Source of the DNA: an uncultured Legionellales bacterium | GTDB lineage: Bacteria > Pseudomonadota > Gammaproteobacteria > Eutrophobiales > Eutrophobiaceae | Reading direction: 5' to 3' | NCBI GenBank assembly: GCA_913041115.1 | Contig: CAJWIE010000001.1 | Span: 1-40,448, forward strand | DNA: 40,448 nt | Shown: positions 26,884-38,106 of the stretch, one piece after another | How the letters are laid out: each line of letters starts with the position of its first letter | How positions within the stretch are numbered: the first letter of the stretch is position 1 | Notes under the pieces: model-generated | What the model was told of the DNA's origin: nothing | Databases searched by the model: none | What the model saw: the letters and a program-made list of their open reading frames with translations, nothing else | Made by a program: the position numbers and the translations under genes

Positions 26884-27480
26884 TTAAATATATTTTGATA
26901 CAGGTGAAAAAGTTATACGATGTATGTCAGTAATACCTAATCTTTCTAATGATTCAATATGCTTTCTTGTTGGGTATCCTTTATGAGATGAAAAACCATA
27001 ACCTGGATAAATCTTATCTAAAGCAATCATTTCATTATCACGCTCTACTTTCGCAATAATCGATGCTGCTGAAATAGCTGGAATAAGATTATCTCCTTTG
27101 ATGATTGCCTTTTTTTTAAAATTTATATCGGGTGTAAATTTTCCATCTACCAAAACAATATCTGGATTTATCGTTAATGCCTCAACGGCACGCTGCATTG
27201 CTAATAAACTTGCTTGTAAAATATTTATTTGAACAATTTCATCCACGTCAGCTCTTCCCAACGACCAAGCTAATGAATTTGATTTAATTTTCTCTGATAT
27301 GAGAAAACGTTTTCTAGGAGTTAATTTCTTAGAATCACAAAGCCCATCAATTTTTTTATCTGGATCAAGAATAACCGCTGCAGCTACCACTGGTCCCGCT
27401 AAAGGCCCCCTTCCTACCTCATCTACGCCGGCAACTATATCAGTCTTACGTATAATTAGATTATTTGGTAACTTTATCAT
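26884..27480 (-). CDS. rnhB: Ribonuclease HII
   Basis: The track ORF starts at TTG 27489. The ATG at 27480 gives MIKLPNN.... The active-site motif [19 protein letters not shown] is present. It overlaps the lpxB 3' end by 20 nt. Confidence 0.93.
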   Translation of the reverse strand: MIKLPNNLIIRKTDIVAGVDEVGRGPLAGPVVAAAVILDPDKKIDGLCDSKKLTPRKRFLISEKIKSNSLAWSLGRADVDEIVQINILQASLLAMQRAVEALTINPDIVLVDGKFTPDINFKKKAIIKGDNLIPAISAASIIAKVERDNEMIALDKIYPGYGFSSHKGYPTRKHIESLERLGITDIHRITFSPVSKYI

Positions 27481-28612
27481 TTTCAACAAGTTTCAGAATT
27501 GCATTTGCCGCCTGATAATTAGCTTTTTTTCTAAGCTCGATTGACATTTTTGTAAATTGGCTTATTGTTTTCTTTATATTCTTTTCAGAATTCAGCAACT
27601 TATCTAGCTCAGATGCTAGAATGTTTGCCTTACATTTAAACTGCAAACATTCCGGCACTATATTTTCACCGGCAAGAATATTAGGTAATGATGCATATGG
27701 GATTTTCGCTAATAATTTTACAATAAAATAAGTCGGCCATGAAAGTTTATATGTAACTATCATTGGCTTTTTAAGTAACATTGCTTCAAGCGATACTGTC
27801 CCGGATACAAGTAAAATTATATCTGCTGACTCAATAACGCGATGAGTATTGTCAAGATACATTTTAACAGCTAAGTTAGGTGAATTTCTTTTTCTTAATT
27901 CTTCAAAAATTTTAAGGCATTTCTCATTTGCTAGTGCACTTACAAAAAAAAGATCATTATGACTAGATTCTGCAATTAATGCTGCTTTTAGGAGAGGTGT
28001 TCCTATTCTTTTTATTTCAGACAAACGACTACCAGGCAGAAGTGCAATAACTTTCTTATTATGCGGTATATTCAATTCAGTTCTTGCTAAATTAATATTT
28101 GGTTCTTCAGATAATTTATCTGCTAGCGGATGTCCTACATATTTATTAGGCACATTAAATTTATCATAAATAGCTGTCTCAAATGGGAACAAATTTAGAA
28201 TCAAATCAACAGATTCTTTTATTTTTTTTATTCTACTACCCCTCCATGCCCATATAGATGGACTAACGTAATGAACTGTCTTTATGCCTGCTTTATGTAG
28301 TTTTCTTTCCAAAAATAAATTAAAGTCAGGAGCATCGATGCCAATAAAAATATCTGGTGGATTTTTCAGAAAATGTTTTATCAATTCTTCCCGTATTTTT
28401 TTTAATTCGAAATACCTTCCTAATACTTCCGTAAATCCCATTACAGATAATTTCTCCATTGGAAATAAAATACTCATATTTTTTTTTGCAAGTTTTTCGC
28501 CACCTATACCTTCAATTGATAGGTTCTTAACTCTTTTATTTAATTCACTAATAAGCTCCGCACCAAGCATATCGCCCGATGGTTCGCCAGTGACAATACC
28601 TATGCGTAACAT
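27461..28612 (-). CDS. lpxB: Lipid-A-disaccharide synthase
   Basis: The track ORF begins at TTG 28624. The ATG at 28612 gives [21 protein letters not shown], matching the E. coli LpxB N-terminus pattern (GE.SGD). Confidence 0.93.
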   Translation of the reverse strand: MLRIGIVTGEPSGDMLGAELISELNKRVKNLSIEGIGGEKLAKKNMSILFPMEKLSVMGFTEVLGRYFELKKIREELIKHFLKNPPDIFIGIDAPDFNLFLERKLHKAGIKTVHYVSPSIWAWRGSRIKKIKESVDLILNLFPFETAIYDKFNVPNKYVGHPLADKLSEEPNINLARTELNIPHNKKVIALLPGSRLSEIKRIGTPLLKAALIAESSHNDLFFVSALANEKCLKIFEELRKRNSPNLAVKMYLDNTHRVIESADIILLVSGTVSLEAMLLKKPMIVTYKLSWPTYFIVKLLAKIPYASLPNILAGENIVPECLQFKCKANILASELDKLLNSEKNIKKTISQFTKMSIELRKKANYQAANAILKLVENDKVTK

Positions 28613-28648
28613 ATGGTTATTCAAATTTAATATGTAAAGATGATTTCA

Positions 28649-29422
28649 TTATCTAACAATCCCTCGTTCTGATGATAAAATAAATGAATGTATAGCTTCT
28701 ATATTTTCTGATTCTGTAGATAATTTCATCAATTCATCAAGAGCATCTGAGAGGGGTAGACCATCACGGTAAATAATTTTGTATGCTTTTTTTAATAAAT
28801 TAATTGAATTAGAATCGAACCCATTTCTTTTTAAACCTTCACGATTAAGGCCGGATGGTTTTGCTGTATTGCCGGATACCAGTATAAATGGCGGTACATC
28901 CTTGACAATAACTGACGAAATTGCTGAAAAACTGTAACTACCAACACGGCAAAATTGATGTACCCCAGTAAAACCACCGAGAGTCACGAAATTCTCAATA
29001 GTGACGTGACCAGCTAAAGTTGTATTATTAGCGAATGTTGAATTACTACCAAGAATACAATCATGGGCGATATGAACATAAGCCATTATCCAATTGTCGT
29101 TCCCAATAACTGTTTTGCCGCCGCCTGCATCAGTGCCTCGATTAATAGAAACATATTCTCGAATCGTATTACCTGATCCGATAACTAAAGAAGAATTGCT
29201 GTCCTGATTAAATTTCTTGTCCTGCGGATCATCTCCAATTGAACAAAAATGAAATATTTTATTATTTGGCCCTATAGATGTAGGTCCGTTAATCACAACA
29301 TGTGAACCGATAACTGTACCCGAATCTACTGATACATCTTGACCGATTACTGAATACGGGCCAATGGACACATCTTTGTGTACATTGGCGTCCGGATGAA
29401 TAATAGCAGTTTTATCAATCAT
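28649..29422 (-). CDS. lpxA: Acyl-ACP:UDP-N-acetylglucosamine O-acyltransferase
   Basis: 257 aa. It has left-handed beta-helix hexapeptide repeats starting MIDKTAIIHPDA and a C-terminal helical domain. It sits between fabZ and lpxB. Confidence 0.95.
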   Translation of the reverse strand: MIDKTAIIHPDANVHKDVSIGPYSVIGQDVSVDSGTVIGSHVVINGPTSIGPNNKIFHFCSIGDDPQDKKFNQDSNSSLVIGSGNTIREYVSINRGTDAGGGKTVIGNDNWIMAYVHIAHDCILGSNSTFANNTTLAGHVTIENFVTLGGFTGVHQFCRVGSYSFSAISSVIVKDVPPFILVSGNTAKPSGLNREGLKRNGFDSNSINLLKKAYKIIYRDGLPLSDALDELMKLSTESENIEAIHSFILSSERGIVR

Positions 29423-29426
29423 GGAA

Positions 29427-29882
29427 TTACTCCATGATTGTAGTTAGTAATTCAGCTGAAGCTACTTCTTCAGAATTAACAGATGCAGAGGCATTGAATT
29501 TCCACATACCCCTCTTTACTGATAAGAACTTAACATCAATGATTAATTGATCTCCAGGTCCTGCAGGTTTTCTAAAACGTGCTTTGTCAATACTCACTAG
29601 ATAATATAGTTCATTTTCTGAATTTCTAACCTCATCTAATCCGTATGCGCCAAGCAAAGCAGTTGCTTGAGCAAATGCCTCTATAATTAATACGCCAGGC
29701 ATTACAGATTTGCTAGGGAAATGTCCTTGAAAACATGGTTCATTATAAGTTATGTTTTTAATCGCTTTAATACGCTCTCCTTGTTTAACTTCAATAACAC
29801 GATCTATCAATAAGAATGGATAGCGATGTGGTAAAATTTTTTTTATTTCTTCAATATCAATTATTTTTTGCATATCTTTCAT
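29427..29882 (-). CDS. fabZ: 3-hydroxyacyl-ACP dehydratase
   Basis: 151 aa. Motifs are LPHRYPFLLIDRV and CFQGHFP..SVMPGVLIIEA. Confidence 0.95.
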   Translation of the reverse strand: MKDMQKIIDIEEIKKILPHRYPFLLIDRVIEVKQGERIKAIKNITYNEPCFQGHFPSKSVMPGVLIIEAFAQATALLGAYGLDEVRNSENELYYLVSIDKARFRKPAGPGDQLIIDVKFLSVKRGMWKFNASASVNSEEVASAELLTTIME

Positions 29883-29894
29883 AAATATTTTTTC

Positions 29895-30899
29895 TTATTT
29901 TAATTTCAACATTATTTTTTTAATAATTTCATCAATATTTTTTAAACGAATAATATTTCTTCTCCAAATCTTATTTTCTGTTACAGGTAACCCAGACGAA
30001 TACATTCCGGGGGATTTTATTGAATTAGAAACCCCTGACATACCTGTAATAATAACATCATCGCTAATTGCTATATGTCCGCTTATTGCTGATGCTCCAC
30101 CGATCATACATCGTTTTCCAATAATAGCGCTGCCGGCAATACCAGTACATCCTGCAATAGCAGTATTTTCGCCAATTATAACGTTATGCCCAATCTGTAC
30201 CTGATTATCGATTTTTACACCTTTTTCAATAACTGTGTCATCGATTGCTCCTCTATCAATTGTTGAATTTGCTCCTATTTCAACATTATCCTCAATTTTA
30301 ACAGAGCCTATTTGAGGAATTTTGATCCACTTGTCTGCTGCTTGTGCTATACCAAAACCATCAGCCCCTAATACAACTCCAGGATGAAGAATTACATTCT
30401 TCCCAATAATAACATTACGACATAATGTTACATTAGCAATTAATGAACTATCCTCATTAATTTCAACATTATCTTCTAAAACACAATTTGGGCCTATATA
30501 TACACCTGAATGAATAACAACATTATTACCAATAACTACATTAGCAGATATAGTTGATGAATCATCAATAACACAATCACTTCCCACTACTGCGCTATCG
30601 GCAATTCCAGAAGATCTAGGTGCATTCGGGTATAGGTAATTAGCAATTTTTGCATAAGCTAAATATGGTGTATCGCTAACTAATGCATATGAAGGGCATT
30701 TTTTTAAATCTTCTTCAGACAAAATTACAGCTGACGCTTTAGTTAGCAGCAAATCATTAACGTAACGACGATTTGATAGAAATGCGATTTCACCTTTTTT
30801 TGCGCGTTTTAGGGTATTGACAGATACAATACTACAATCGGATGCTCCTTCTAACCTTGCACCGCTTACTTGAGACAATTCACCAAGTGTTGCTGGCAT
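29895..30899 (-). CDS. lpxD: UDP-3-O-acylglucosamine N-acyltransferase
   Basis: 334 aa. It has extensive hexapeptide repeats and an N-terminal domain with LSNRRY. Confidence 0.95.
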   Translation of the reverse strand: MPATLGELSQVSGARLEGASDCSIVSVNTLKRAKKGEIAFLSNRRYVNDLLLTKASAVILSEEDLKKCPSYALVSDTPYLAYAKIANYLYPNAPRSSGIADSAVVGSDCVIDDSSTISANVVIGNNVVIHSGVYIGPNCVLEDNVEINEDSSLIANVTLCRNVIIGKNVILHPGVVLGADGFGIAQAADKWIKIPQIGSVKIEDNVEIGANSTIDRGAIDDTVIEKGVKIDNQVQIGHNVIIGENTAIAGCTGIAGSAIIGKRCMIGGASAISGHIAISDDVIITGMSGVSNSIKSPGMYSSGLPVTENKIWRRNIIRLKNIDEIIKKIMLKLK

Positions 30900-30946
30900 A
30901 AAATTACTCGTAAAATTTATTTTATATTATTGATTGTCGCAAATTT

Positions 30947-31453
30947 TTATTTTTTAAGATATTCAATAACTAATCCGCTCATATCAACCTTAGGGCTTGC
31001 GTATAATACACCTTCGCTTAATACCAAATCATAATTATTGTCTTTTGCAACTTGTTGTATTGACTGAATAATTTGTTTCTGAATTTTTACCATTTCCTCA
31101 TTACGTCGATAATTTAAATCTTCTCTAAACTCGTCTTGCTTTCGTTTGAGGTCGCGTTTCTTTGATATAATTTCTCTTTCAAGCTTTGTGCTCTCTTGCT
31201 CACTCATTATAGCTCTATCTTTTTTAAATTTATCCTCAAGATCTTTGATGCTTTTTTGCTCTGCTATTAATTCTTTATCTCGAGGAGAAAATTCATTCTC
31301 AATCATTTTTCTTGCGACATCTGCCTGAGGTGATTTTTCTAATACGCGAATTGCATTGACTGCTCCAATTTTATAAGTCTCTTCGGCACTAACCCCAAAA
31401 ACTAATAAAAAAGTAAACGTACAGGTTAAAAATAAGTTAAATAAAATCTTCAT
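30947..31453 (-). CDS. skp: Periplasmic chaperone Skp (OmpH family)
   Basis: 168 aa with a signal peptide and a charged coiled-coil body. It is in the conserved position between bamA and lpxD. Confidence 0.85.
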   Translation of the reverse strand: MKILFNLFLTCTFTFLLVFGVSAEETYKIGAVNAIRVLEKSPQADVARKMIENEFSPRDKELIAEQKSIKDLEDKFKKDRAIMSEQESTKLEREIISKKRDLKRKQDEFREDLNYRRNEEMVKIQKQIIQSIQQVAKDNNYDLVLSEGVLYASPKVDMSGLVIEYLKK

Positions 31454-31471
31454 TATAATCGCTCCATATAA

Positions 31472-33760
31472 CTAAAATGATGTACCAAAAGTAAACTGGA
31501 AATTTTGCTCTTGGTCTGTGCTTTTTGTAGCAAATGGTACAGCATAACTTGCGCTTATCGCGCCAAAAGGTGATACCCAGATTGCGCTAATCCCGGAAGA
31601 ATATCTGATATCATCAAACTCAATATCTTCATCTGGACCATACACGTTTCCCGCATCTATAAACCCAGTAACTCGCGCTTGTTTAACATCTCTCAAAAAT
31701 GGAAATGGTAAAATAACTTCAGCATTTCCTACAATTTTAGTCGACCCTCCCAAAGGTCTGCCTGATGTATCTCTTGGGCCAATTGTATTTTCCTTATATC
31801 CTCTAACAGAACGGGGACCGCCTACATAAAAGTTTTCAAAAAATGGTAATTCTGTTGTATCCCCAAATGCATCACCATAACCAACATCTGCGCCTAGAGT
31901 CAAAACATAATCTTCATATATATCCTTGAACCATTTTGTTTCATAGTTTACTTTGTAATACTCAACATCTGAACCGACAGGAAGAACAACTTCTGTGGCA
32001 ATACGATGATATGTTCCTTTATCAGGTAAGATTGCTTTGTTCCTTGTGTCGTAACTAAACCCTAGATTCCAACTAAGAATGTCATATTCACTACCATTTA
32101 AGGTTATAAAATCTCTAACCTGTGTGGATGCGGATCCGCCAAGACTAATCTCAGTTTTCTTGTATAGTAATGAAGTATCAACTGAATTAGTTTCAGATAT
32201 TGGAATGCCGAAAATTACGTCAGCTCCGACATTTTTTGAATCAAATTCAGCTAAATTTGCATCAAATGCATCAGTCTCTTTATAAAATGCGTTAAATCCT
32301 CGGCTAATACCATCGATTGTATAATACGGGTTTAAATATCCTATGCTATATACACTATTAATTTCACTATTATTAAAGGCAAAAGAAACTCTGTTACCGC
32401 TACCAAGAAAGTTATTTTGTGAAAGGCTTGTCGTTAAAATTAAACCAGAGCTTTGCGAAAAACCAAGACCAATACCAAACTGCCCGCCTGGTGCTTCCTC
32501 TACGGCATAGTTCACATCTACTTGGTCTGATGTGCCAGGAATTATTGGTGTCTCAACGTTAACATCTTTAAAAAAACCTGTTCTTTGTAAACGTAATTTC
32601 CCCCTCTGAACTTGTTTAGTTGATATCCACGCCCCTTCTTGTTGGCGCATCTCGCGCCTTAACACTTCGTCTTTGGTTTTACTATTACCAGAAAAATTAA
32701 TACGTCTAACATAAACACGTTTTCCTGGATCTACAAAAAAAGTAATGGAAACAGTTTTGTCTTCTTTATTTATATCAGGAATAGAATTTACATTTGCAAA
32801 TGAATAGCCTACTTCGCCTAAACGATCAGTAATATTTTTTGTTGTTTCTGTAACTTTCTTTCTAGAAAAAAGTTCTCCTGATTTAATTAAGATTAATTCT
32901 AGTAATTCATTCTGTGGCAGAGTTAAATCACCACCCAGTTTGACAACCGATACATTATATAACTCACCTTCGGTAATATTTATTGTGATATATATATCCT
33001 TTTTATCAGGAGTAATTGTTACTTGCGTTGAATCAAGAGTAAAATTTAAGTATCCGCGATCTAGATAATAGGTGCGTAAAGATTCCAAATCACCAGATAA
33101 TTTTTGTTTAGAATATTGATCATTCTTAGAAAAAAATGAGAACATTGTCGGCGTACTTAGCTTGAACTCTTTAAGTAGTTTCTTTTCGCTAAAAATATTA
33201 TTTCCTACAATGTTTATCTTCTTTATTTTAGCGACAAGTCCTTCAGAAACATTTATAGCTATAGCAACCCTATTATTATCTATCTCTGTCACTGTTGATG
33301 TAATTTGTGCTGCATACTTACCAAATGAATAATATTGTCTCTGTAATTCTTGCTTGACCATATCCAGTTGAGATTGTAAAAATACCCTACCCTCGGCAAA
33401 ACCAATTTGTTTTAGATTATCCAATAATTCATCAGTCTTAATATCCTCATTACCTGATAAACTTATTGTTCCTATCGCAGGACGTTCTTTAAATACAAGG
33501 ACTAAATCATTACCATCTTTTTCCACCTTTACGTCATCAAAGAATCCTGTTTTAAACAATGTTCTTACTGCGTCAGAAGATAGTGCGTCATTAAAAATAT
33601 CGCCAACCTTCATCGGTAAATAATTAAAAACAGTCCCCGGGGTAATTCGTTTTAGACCTTCAACACGTATATCTTCTATAACAAATTCTTCTCCTGCCTC
33701 TACCGAAACAAAAGAAGCTAAAAATATTAAAATATATAAAAATTTAAATGCCTTAGACAT
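31472..33760 (-). CDS. bamA: Outer membrane protein assembly factor BamA
   Basis: 762 aa. It has a signal peptide, five POTRA-like segments (starting IEDIRVEGLKRI) and a C-terminal beta-barrel ending QFTFGTSF. Confidence 0.95.
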   Translation of the reverse strand: MSKAFKFLYILIFLASFVSVEAGEEFVIEDIRVEGLKRITPGTVFNYLPMKVGDIFNDALSSDAVRTLFKTGFFDDVKVEKDGNDLVLVFKERPAIGTISLSGNEDIKTDELLDNLKQIGFAEGRVFLQSQLDMVKQELQRQYYSFGKYAAQITSTVTEIDNNRVAIAINVSEGLVAKIKKINIVGNNIFSEKKLLKEFKLSTPTMFSFFSKNDQYSKQKLSGDLESLRTYYLDRGYLNFTLDSTQVTITPDKKDIYITINITEGELYNVSVVKLGGDLTLPQNELLELILIKSGELFSRKKVTETTKNITDRLGEVGYSFANVNSIPDINKEDKTVSITFFVDPGKRVYVRRINFSGNSKTKDEVLRREMRQQEGAWISTKQVQRGKLRLQRTGFFKDVNVETPIIPGTSDQVDVNYAVEEAPGGQFGIGLGFSQSSGLILTTSLSQNNFLGSGNRVSFAFNNSEINSVYSIGYLNPYYTIDGISRGFNAFYKETDAFDANLAEFDSKNVGADVIFGIPISETNSVDTSLLYKKTEISLGGSASTQVRDFITLNGSEYDILSWNLGFSYDTRNKAILPDKGTYHRIATEVVLPVGSDVEYYKVNYETKWFKDIYEDYVLTLGADVGYGDAFGDTTELPFFENFYVGGPRSVRGYKENTIGPRDTSGRPLGGSTKIVGNAEVILPFPFLRDVKQARVTGFIDAGNVYGPDEDIEFDDIRYSSGISAIWVSPFGAISASYAVPFATKSTDQEQNFQFTFGTSF

Positions 33761-33772
33761 GATTATTATTAT

Positions 33773-35140
33773 TTACCCTAATAGTCGGACAAAATCATTG
33801 TAAAGAGCGAGTCCCATCAGCCCTAATAACAAAATTAAACCAATTTGCTGTCCGGTGTTTTGTATCGAGTTAGAAACGGGTCTACCTGTAACAAATTCGA
33901 TAACGTAATAGACTAAATGCCCACCGTCTAGCAACGGTATTGGTAACAAATTAAGCACGCCTAAACTTATACTAACTATTGCTAAGAAGGTTAAGAATGC
34001 CGTAATACCCACACCTGCTTGCTGACCCGCATATTTAGCGATACTTATTGGGCCACTCAAATTTTTAACTGATGCATCGCCAGTAATCATTTTAGCAAGT
34101 ACCTTAAGAGTTAGCACTGACATTTCCCATGTCTTTTGAAATGCTCTTAAAATAGCAAAATGTATTGAATATTGTTCTAACGCAAAATAGGAGTCGTATA
34201 AATCATCATTTATTACTGGTCTTGCTCCTATACGGCCAATATTTTTATCTTCTAATTGATAATTTTCCGGTTTTAATTGTATATTTATAAATGTTTCTTC
34301 GCGTAATATCTCAACATTTAAGTGTTTGCCAGGGCTTTCTTTGATAATCTCAACTAACTCCTCCCAAGAATCAATCAAATCACTATTAATAGCGATAATT
34401 CTGTCATTTTTTAATAATCCACTTGTCTCTGCGGGGCTATTTTTTTGTATTTCTCCAATAATTGCAGGTAATTTAAACTTAACTATATCTAAACCAATTT
34501 TATTCAATAACTTACCCTCTGCCATTTCATCAATTGAAATATTAGAAAGATTTAAATTTAGGACTTCTTTATCTCCGTCAGTATTGATCACGTCAATACT
34601 GACAATATTCTCAGAAACTATATTACTGACAAGTGCGTCATGAACTGCGAGCCATGTTGGTGTGTTTTCTCCATTAATAGCTAATATTTCTTGCCCCTCT
34701 ACAAAACCAGATTTTTTGCTAATCGAGGAAGGCTCTACGTTACCTATAATAGGTTTTAAAGCATTCATTCCAATAGAATAAACGATTGAATATGCAATGA
34801 TTGCAAAAATAAAGTTGAAAACGGGTCCAGCTAAAACAATACAAAATCTTTGCCAAACCGGCTTACCATTAAATTCACGCTTTCTTTCTTCATCTTTAAT
34901 TTCTCCTTCTCGATCATCCAGCATCTTTACATAGCCCCCTAACGGAAGGAGTCCTATAGTAAATTCCGTACGATCATAACCACTAACTTTTGTAAAAATT
35001 GAACGACCAAAACCAATTGAAAAACGTAGTATCTTTACATCAAAAAAACGCGCTACCCAAAAATGGCCAAATTCATGAAAAGTAATTAATAGTCCTATTG
35101 AAATAACGAAAGCGATCAGGGAAAATAATATCTCATTCAT
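33773..35140 (-). CDS. rseP: RIP zinc metalloprotease RseP
   Basis: 455 aa with HEFGHFWVAR (HExxH), PDZ region(s) and the LNLLPIPLLDGGH motif. Its start overlaps the dxr stop (ATGA). Confidence 0.95.
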   Translation of the reverse strand: MNEILFSLIAFVISIGLLITFHEFGHFWVARFFDVKILRFSIGFGRSIFTKVSGYDRTEFTIGLLPLGGYVKMLDDREGEIKDEERKREFNGKPVWQRFCIVLAGPVFNFIFAIIAYSIVYSIGMNALKPIIGNVEPSSISKKSGFVEGQEILAINGENTPTWLAVHDALVSNIVSENIVSIDVINTDGDKEVLNLNLSNISIDEMAEGKLLNKIGLDIVKFKLPAIIGEIQKNSPAETSGLLKNDRIIAINSDLIDSWEELVEIIKESPGKHLNVEILREETFINIQLKPENYQLEDKNIGRIGARPVINDDLYDSYFALEQYSIHFAILRAFQKTWEMSVLTLKVLAKMITGDASVKNLSGPISIAKYAGQQAGVGITAFLTFLAIVSISLGVLNLLPIPLLDGGHLVYYVIEFVTGRPVSNSIQNTGQQIGLILLLGLMGLALYNDFVRLLG

Positions 35141-36312
35141 GCGCCCATATTCCTAATAGTTTCTATCGCACGTTTTCTTGCCAGACTATCATCCCCAAGA
35201 ATTGTGTCGAGACTATCTGCATTGTTATGTGTTACATCATTCATAACGGATTCAATAACCTTCGGAATATCTGTAAACATTATTTTTTTATTTAAGAATT
35301 CATTTACTGCCACTTCGTTTGCAGCGTTTAAAATTGCACTGCTTGTACCTCCTTGTTTAATTGCTTTACGTGCAAGCTTTAAACACGGAAACCTGTCATT
35401 TTCTGGTTTTCTAAAATCAAATTGAGCAATATCAAATAAATCTAATCGCTGTACATCTGTCTCAATTCTCTCCGGCCATGCTAACCCAAAAGATATGGGA
35501 ATACGCATATCAGGATTTCCTAATTGGGCCAACACCGACCCATCTTTATGCTCAACTAGTGAATGAATAATACTTTGCGGATGAATTACAATATCAATCA
35601 AATCAGGCTCTATATTAAATAGCCATGATGCTTCAATTACTTCAAGCCCTTTATTCATCATTGTTGCCGAATCAACTGAAATTTTTCTGCCCATTTTCCA
35701 TTTAGGGTGTTTGCATGCTTGTTCGGGTGTTTTCAAAGGAAGTTCATTTATGGGGGTATTAAGGAAGGGGCCGCCAGAGGCAGTTAGCATTATGCTTCTA
35801 ATTGTGTTGCTCCCCTGATTGCTTGTATTAGCAATACATTGAAAAATCGCATTATGCTCACTATCGATTGGTATTAGTTCGGCGTCACTCTCGGCAATGG
35901 TATTCATGAATAATTTACCAGACATCACAAGAGCCTCTTTGTTAGCAAGTAATACACGCTTACCTGCTTTAGCTGCTGCTAGTGTTGGTAATAATCCGGC
36001 TGCGCCAACTATTGCAGCCATAACGTAATCTACTGTATTGAGTTCTGCGACTTTTACTAAACCATCGATACCTGCCAAAACTGATGTATCGGGAGATTTC
36101 TTTTTTAATTTTTCTTCCAATTTTGACGCTGATTCTTCGTCAGCCATAACTGCATATTCAGGCTTATATTGCAGACATTGTGTAACAAAAACATCTAAAC
36201 TGGTATTGGCTGTCAATGCTTTAACATTAAACTTATCTTGATGACGTGAAATAACATCTAATGTGTTAACACCAATGCTACCGGTTGAACCTAAAATAGT
36301 TATTTCTTTCAC
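35137..36312 (-). CDS. dxr: 1-deoxy-D-xylulose-5-phosphate reductoisomerase
   Basis: The N-terminus is (M)VKEITILGSTGSIG, and the LANKE and SEH motifs are present. There is no ATG. The candidates are TTG 36315 (track) and GTG 36312. An AGGA lies 6 nt upstream of the GTG, so I favour GTG. Confidence 0.95.
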   Translation of the reverse strand: MKEITILGSTGSIGVNTLDVISRHQDKFNVKALTANTSLDVFVTQCLQYKPEYAVMADEESASKLEEKLKKKSPDTSVLAGIDGLVKVAELNTVDYVMAAIVGAAGLLPTLAAAKAGKRVLLANKEALVMSGKLFMNTIAESDAELIPIDSEHNAIFQCIANTSNQGSNTIRSIMLTASGGPFLNTPINELPLKTPEQACKHPKWKMGRKISVDSATMMNKGLEVIEASWLFNIEPDLIDIVIHPQSIIHSLVEHKDGSVLAQLGNPDMRIPISFGLAWPERIETDVQRLDLFDIAQFDFRKPENDRFPCLKLARKAIKQGGTSSAILNAANEVAVNEFLNKKIMFTDIPKVIESVMNDVTHNNADSLDTILGDDSLARKRAIETIRNMGA

Positions 36313-36332
36313 CAAAATTCCTATATCTAAAA

Positions 36333-37301
36333 TTAATTAGTAAGATTACTATAAAAAATAATCAAGAAAAAAATATAAACAACAAAAGCACTCATTAAAC
36401 TATCAATTCTATCTAATACACCACCATGACCAGGAAATAATTTACCGCTATCTTTTTTTCCTGCCTCTCTTTTCATAATACTTATATAGAGATCGCCTAA
36501 TATAGAAAAAATAATTGTAACAAACGCTAATAAAAGAAGTTCTTTGAATGTAATAATATTTAATAAGTTAAAAAAAGGATTATTAATAATCAAAGAATGC
36601 TGAATCTCTCGAAGAAGATATACCAAAAATAAAGTAATACTAGTACCCGCAATTAATCCGCCCATCACCCCTTCCCATGTTTTACCCGGACTTATATTGC
36701 TAGCTAGCAGACGTTTTCCAATTTTTTTACCAACAAAATAGGCTGCAATATCAGCGCCCCATACAATCAATAATGGTAGAATTATTATATACTTATAAGC
36801 AACACTCCCAACTAACCCACCTGAAATCATTACCGCCGTAATGGACCAGAAGCCCCATAACAAAAAAATACCTACTAATGAATTAAATAAAGGTGATTTT
36901 GGCAATAAATTTTTCTTTCGGATCTGGTAAAAAATAATTTGAATGGGTGCAACTAAAAACCAAAAGATTAAAGAAATAAACCATAATACAAATAAGAAAT
37001 GAAGAATATTTAAATTATCGTGCAATATATAAGATGTCTGATTACTTAAAGTTTCATTTATTTGACCCGAATAGACAAGGGTTAGGTATTCTGACAAAAC
37101 AATTGAGATAAAAATTAAATTAAAAAAATATAGCAAATACTTGACCTTATTGTTTACTCCGCAAAGATCTATCCACTCCCAAATTCCAGTAAGAATAAAT
37201 ATGGAAAATATTATTAAAAACCAGACAGGTGTGAATAAAAAAAGTGACAAAACAATTAAAAGAGATAATATTAATGCTGTAATAATTCTTTCTTTAAGCA
37301 T
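36333..37301 (-). CDS. cdsA: Phosphatidate cytidylyltransferase
   Basis: The track ORF extends to 37358 inside uppS. The ATG at 37301 (MLKERIITALILS...) overlaps the uppS stop by 8 nt (ATGCTTAA). It is a multi-TM protein with the C-terminal signature GDLYISIMKREAGKKDSGKLFPGHGGVLDRIDS. Confidence 0.9.
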   Translation of the reverse strand: MLKERIITALILSLLIVLSLFLFTPVWFLIIFSIFILTGIWEWIDLCGVNNKVKYLLYFFNLIFISIVLSEYLTLVYSGQINETLSNQTSYILHDNLNILHFLFVLWFISLIFWFLVAPIQIIFYQIRKKNLLPKSPLFNSLVGIFLLWGFWSITAVMISGGLVGSVAYKYIIILPLLIVWGADIAAYFVGKKIGKRLLASNISPGKTWEGVMGGLIAGTSITLFLVYLLREIQHSLIINNPFFNLLNIITFKELLLLAFVTIIFSILGDLYISIMKREAGKKDSGKLFPGHGGVLDRIDSLMSAFVVYIFFLIIFYSNLTN

Positions 37302-38034
37302 TTTTATTTTCCCCAATTTGTTCGGACGTTTTACCAAACCTTCTTTGCCTTTTTGCATACCAATCTAAAGCAAGATCAAACTGGTCAACATTAAAATCAG
37401 GCCATAAAATATCTGTGAAGTACATTTCTGTATATGCAATTTGCCACAGAAAATAATTGCTTAATCTTCTTTCGCCCCCGGTTCTGATTAGAAGATCTGG
37501 CTCATCGTAATCTGCTAGTGACAATTTTTTATTTACTAGCTCTTCATTGATTTCATTCTTAGTAATTTTTTTAGATGCCATATCATCTATTATAGACAAT
37601 AGAGCATTATAAATATCCCATCGTCCACTATAATTTAAGGCAACGTTCAATGTCAGCTTTGAATTATTAGATGTTAGTGATTCAGATTCACTCATAGATT
37701 TTTTCAATTTTTTGGAAAATTTATCCGTCTCGCCGATAAAATTTAATTTAATGTTGTTCTCATGTAAATCTTTGACTTCAGATTCTAATGATGAAATAAA
37801 CAGATCTAATAATAACTCAATCTCTTTTTTTGGGCGCTGCCAATTCTCGCGACTAAAAGCATAGACAGTAATTGTAGTTAATTCGAGTTTTACGGCATGC
37901 TCAATTAAATTCCTTAATACTTTGACACCGACTTTATGTCCAGCGGAACGTAACAATCCATTTTGCTCTGCCCACCTACCATTCCCATCCATTATGATAA
38001 TGATATGCTTGGGTTTTGAAGATTTACTATTCAT
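37294..38034 (-). CDS. uppS: Di-trans,poly-cis-undecaprenyl-diphosphate synthase
   Basis: 246 aa. Motifs are HIIIIMDGNGRWA, YAFSRENW.RP, RTGGERRLSNF/YLLWQ.AY.E. Confidence 0.95.
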   Translation of the reverse strand: MNSKSSKPKHIIIIMDGNGRWAEQNGLLRSAGHKVGVKVLRNLIEHAVKLELTTITVYAFSRENWQRPKKEIELLLDLFISSLESEVKDLHENNIKLNFIGETDKFSKKLKKSMSESESLTSNNSKLTLNVALNYSGRWDIYNALLSIIDDMASKKITKNEINEELVNKKLSLADYDEPDLLIRTGGERRLSNYFLWQIAYTEMYFTDILWPDFNVDQFDLALDWYAKRQRRFGKTSEQIGENKNA

Positions 38035-38106
38035 AAGTAAATTATGTTATGAATCAGGGAAAAATAATCAATATATTTTTGGGAAGAGTTCCAAATGGAT
38101 ATGATG

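Noticed and set aside
37302-37358. Upstream extension of cdsA (MQKGKEGLVKRPNKLGKIK)
   Set aside because: It lies inside the uppS coding region. ATG 37301 gives the usual 8-nt ATGCTTAA stop/start overlap and a hydrophobic CdsA N-terminus.
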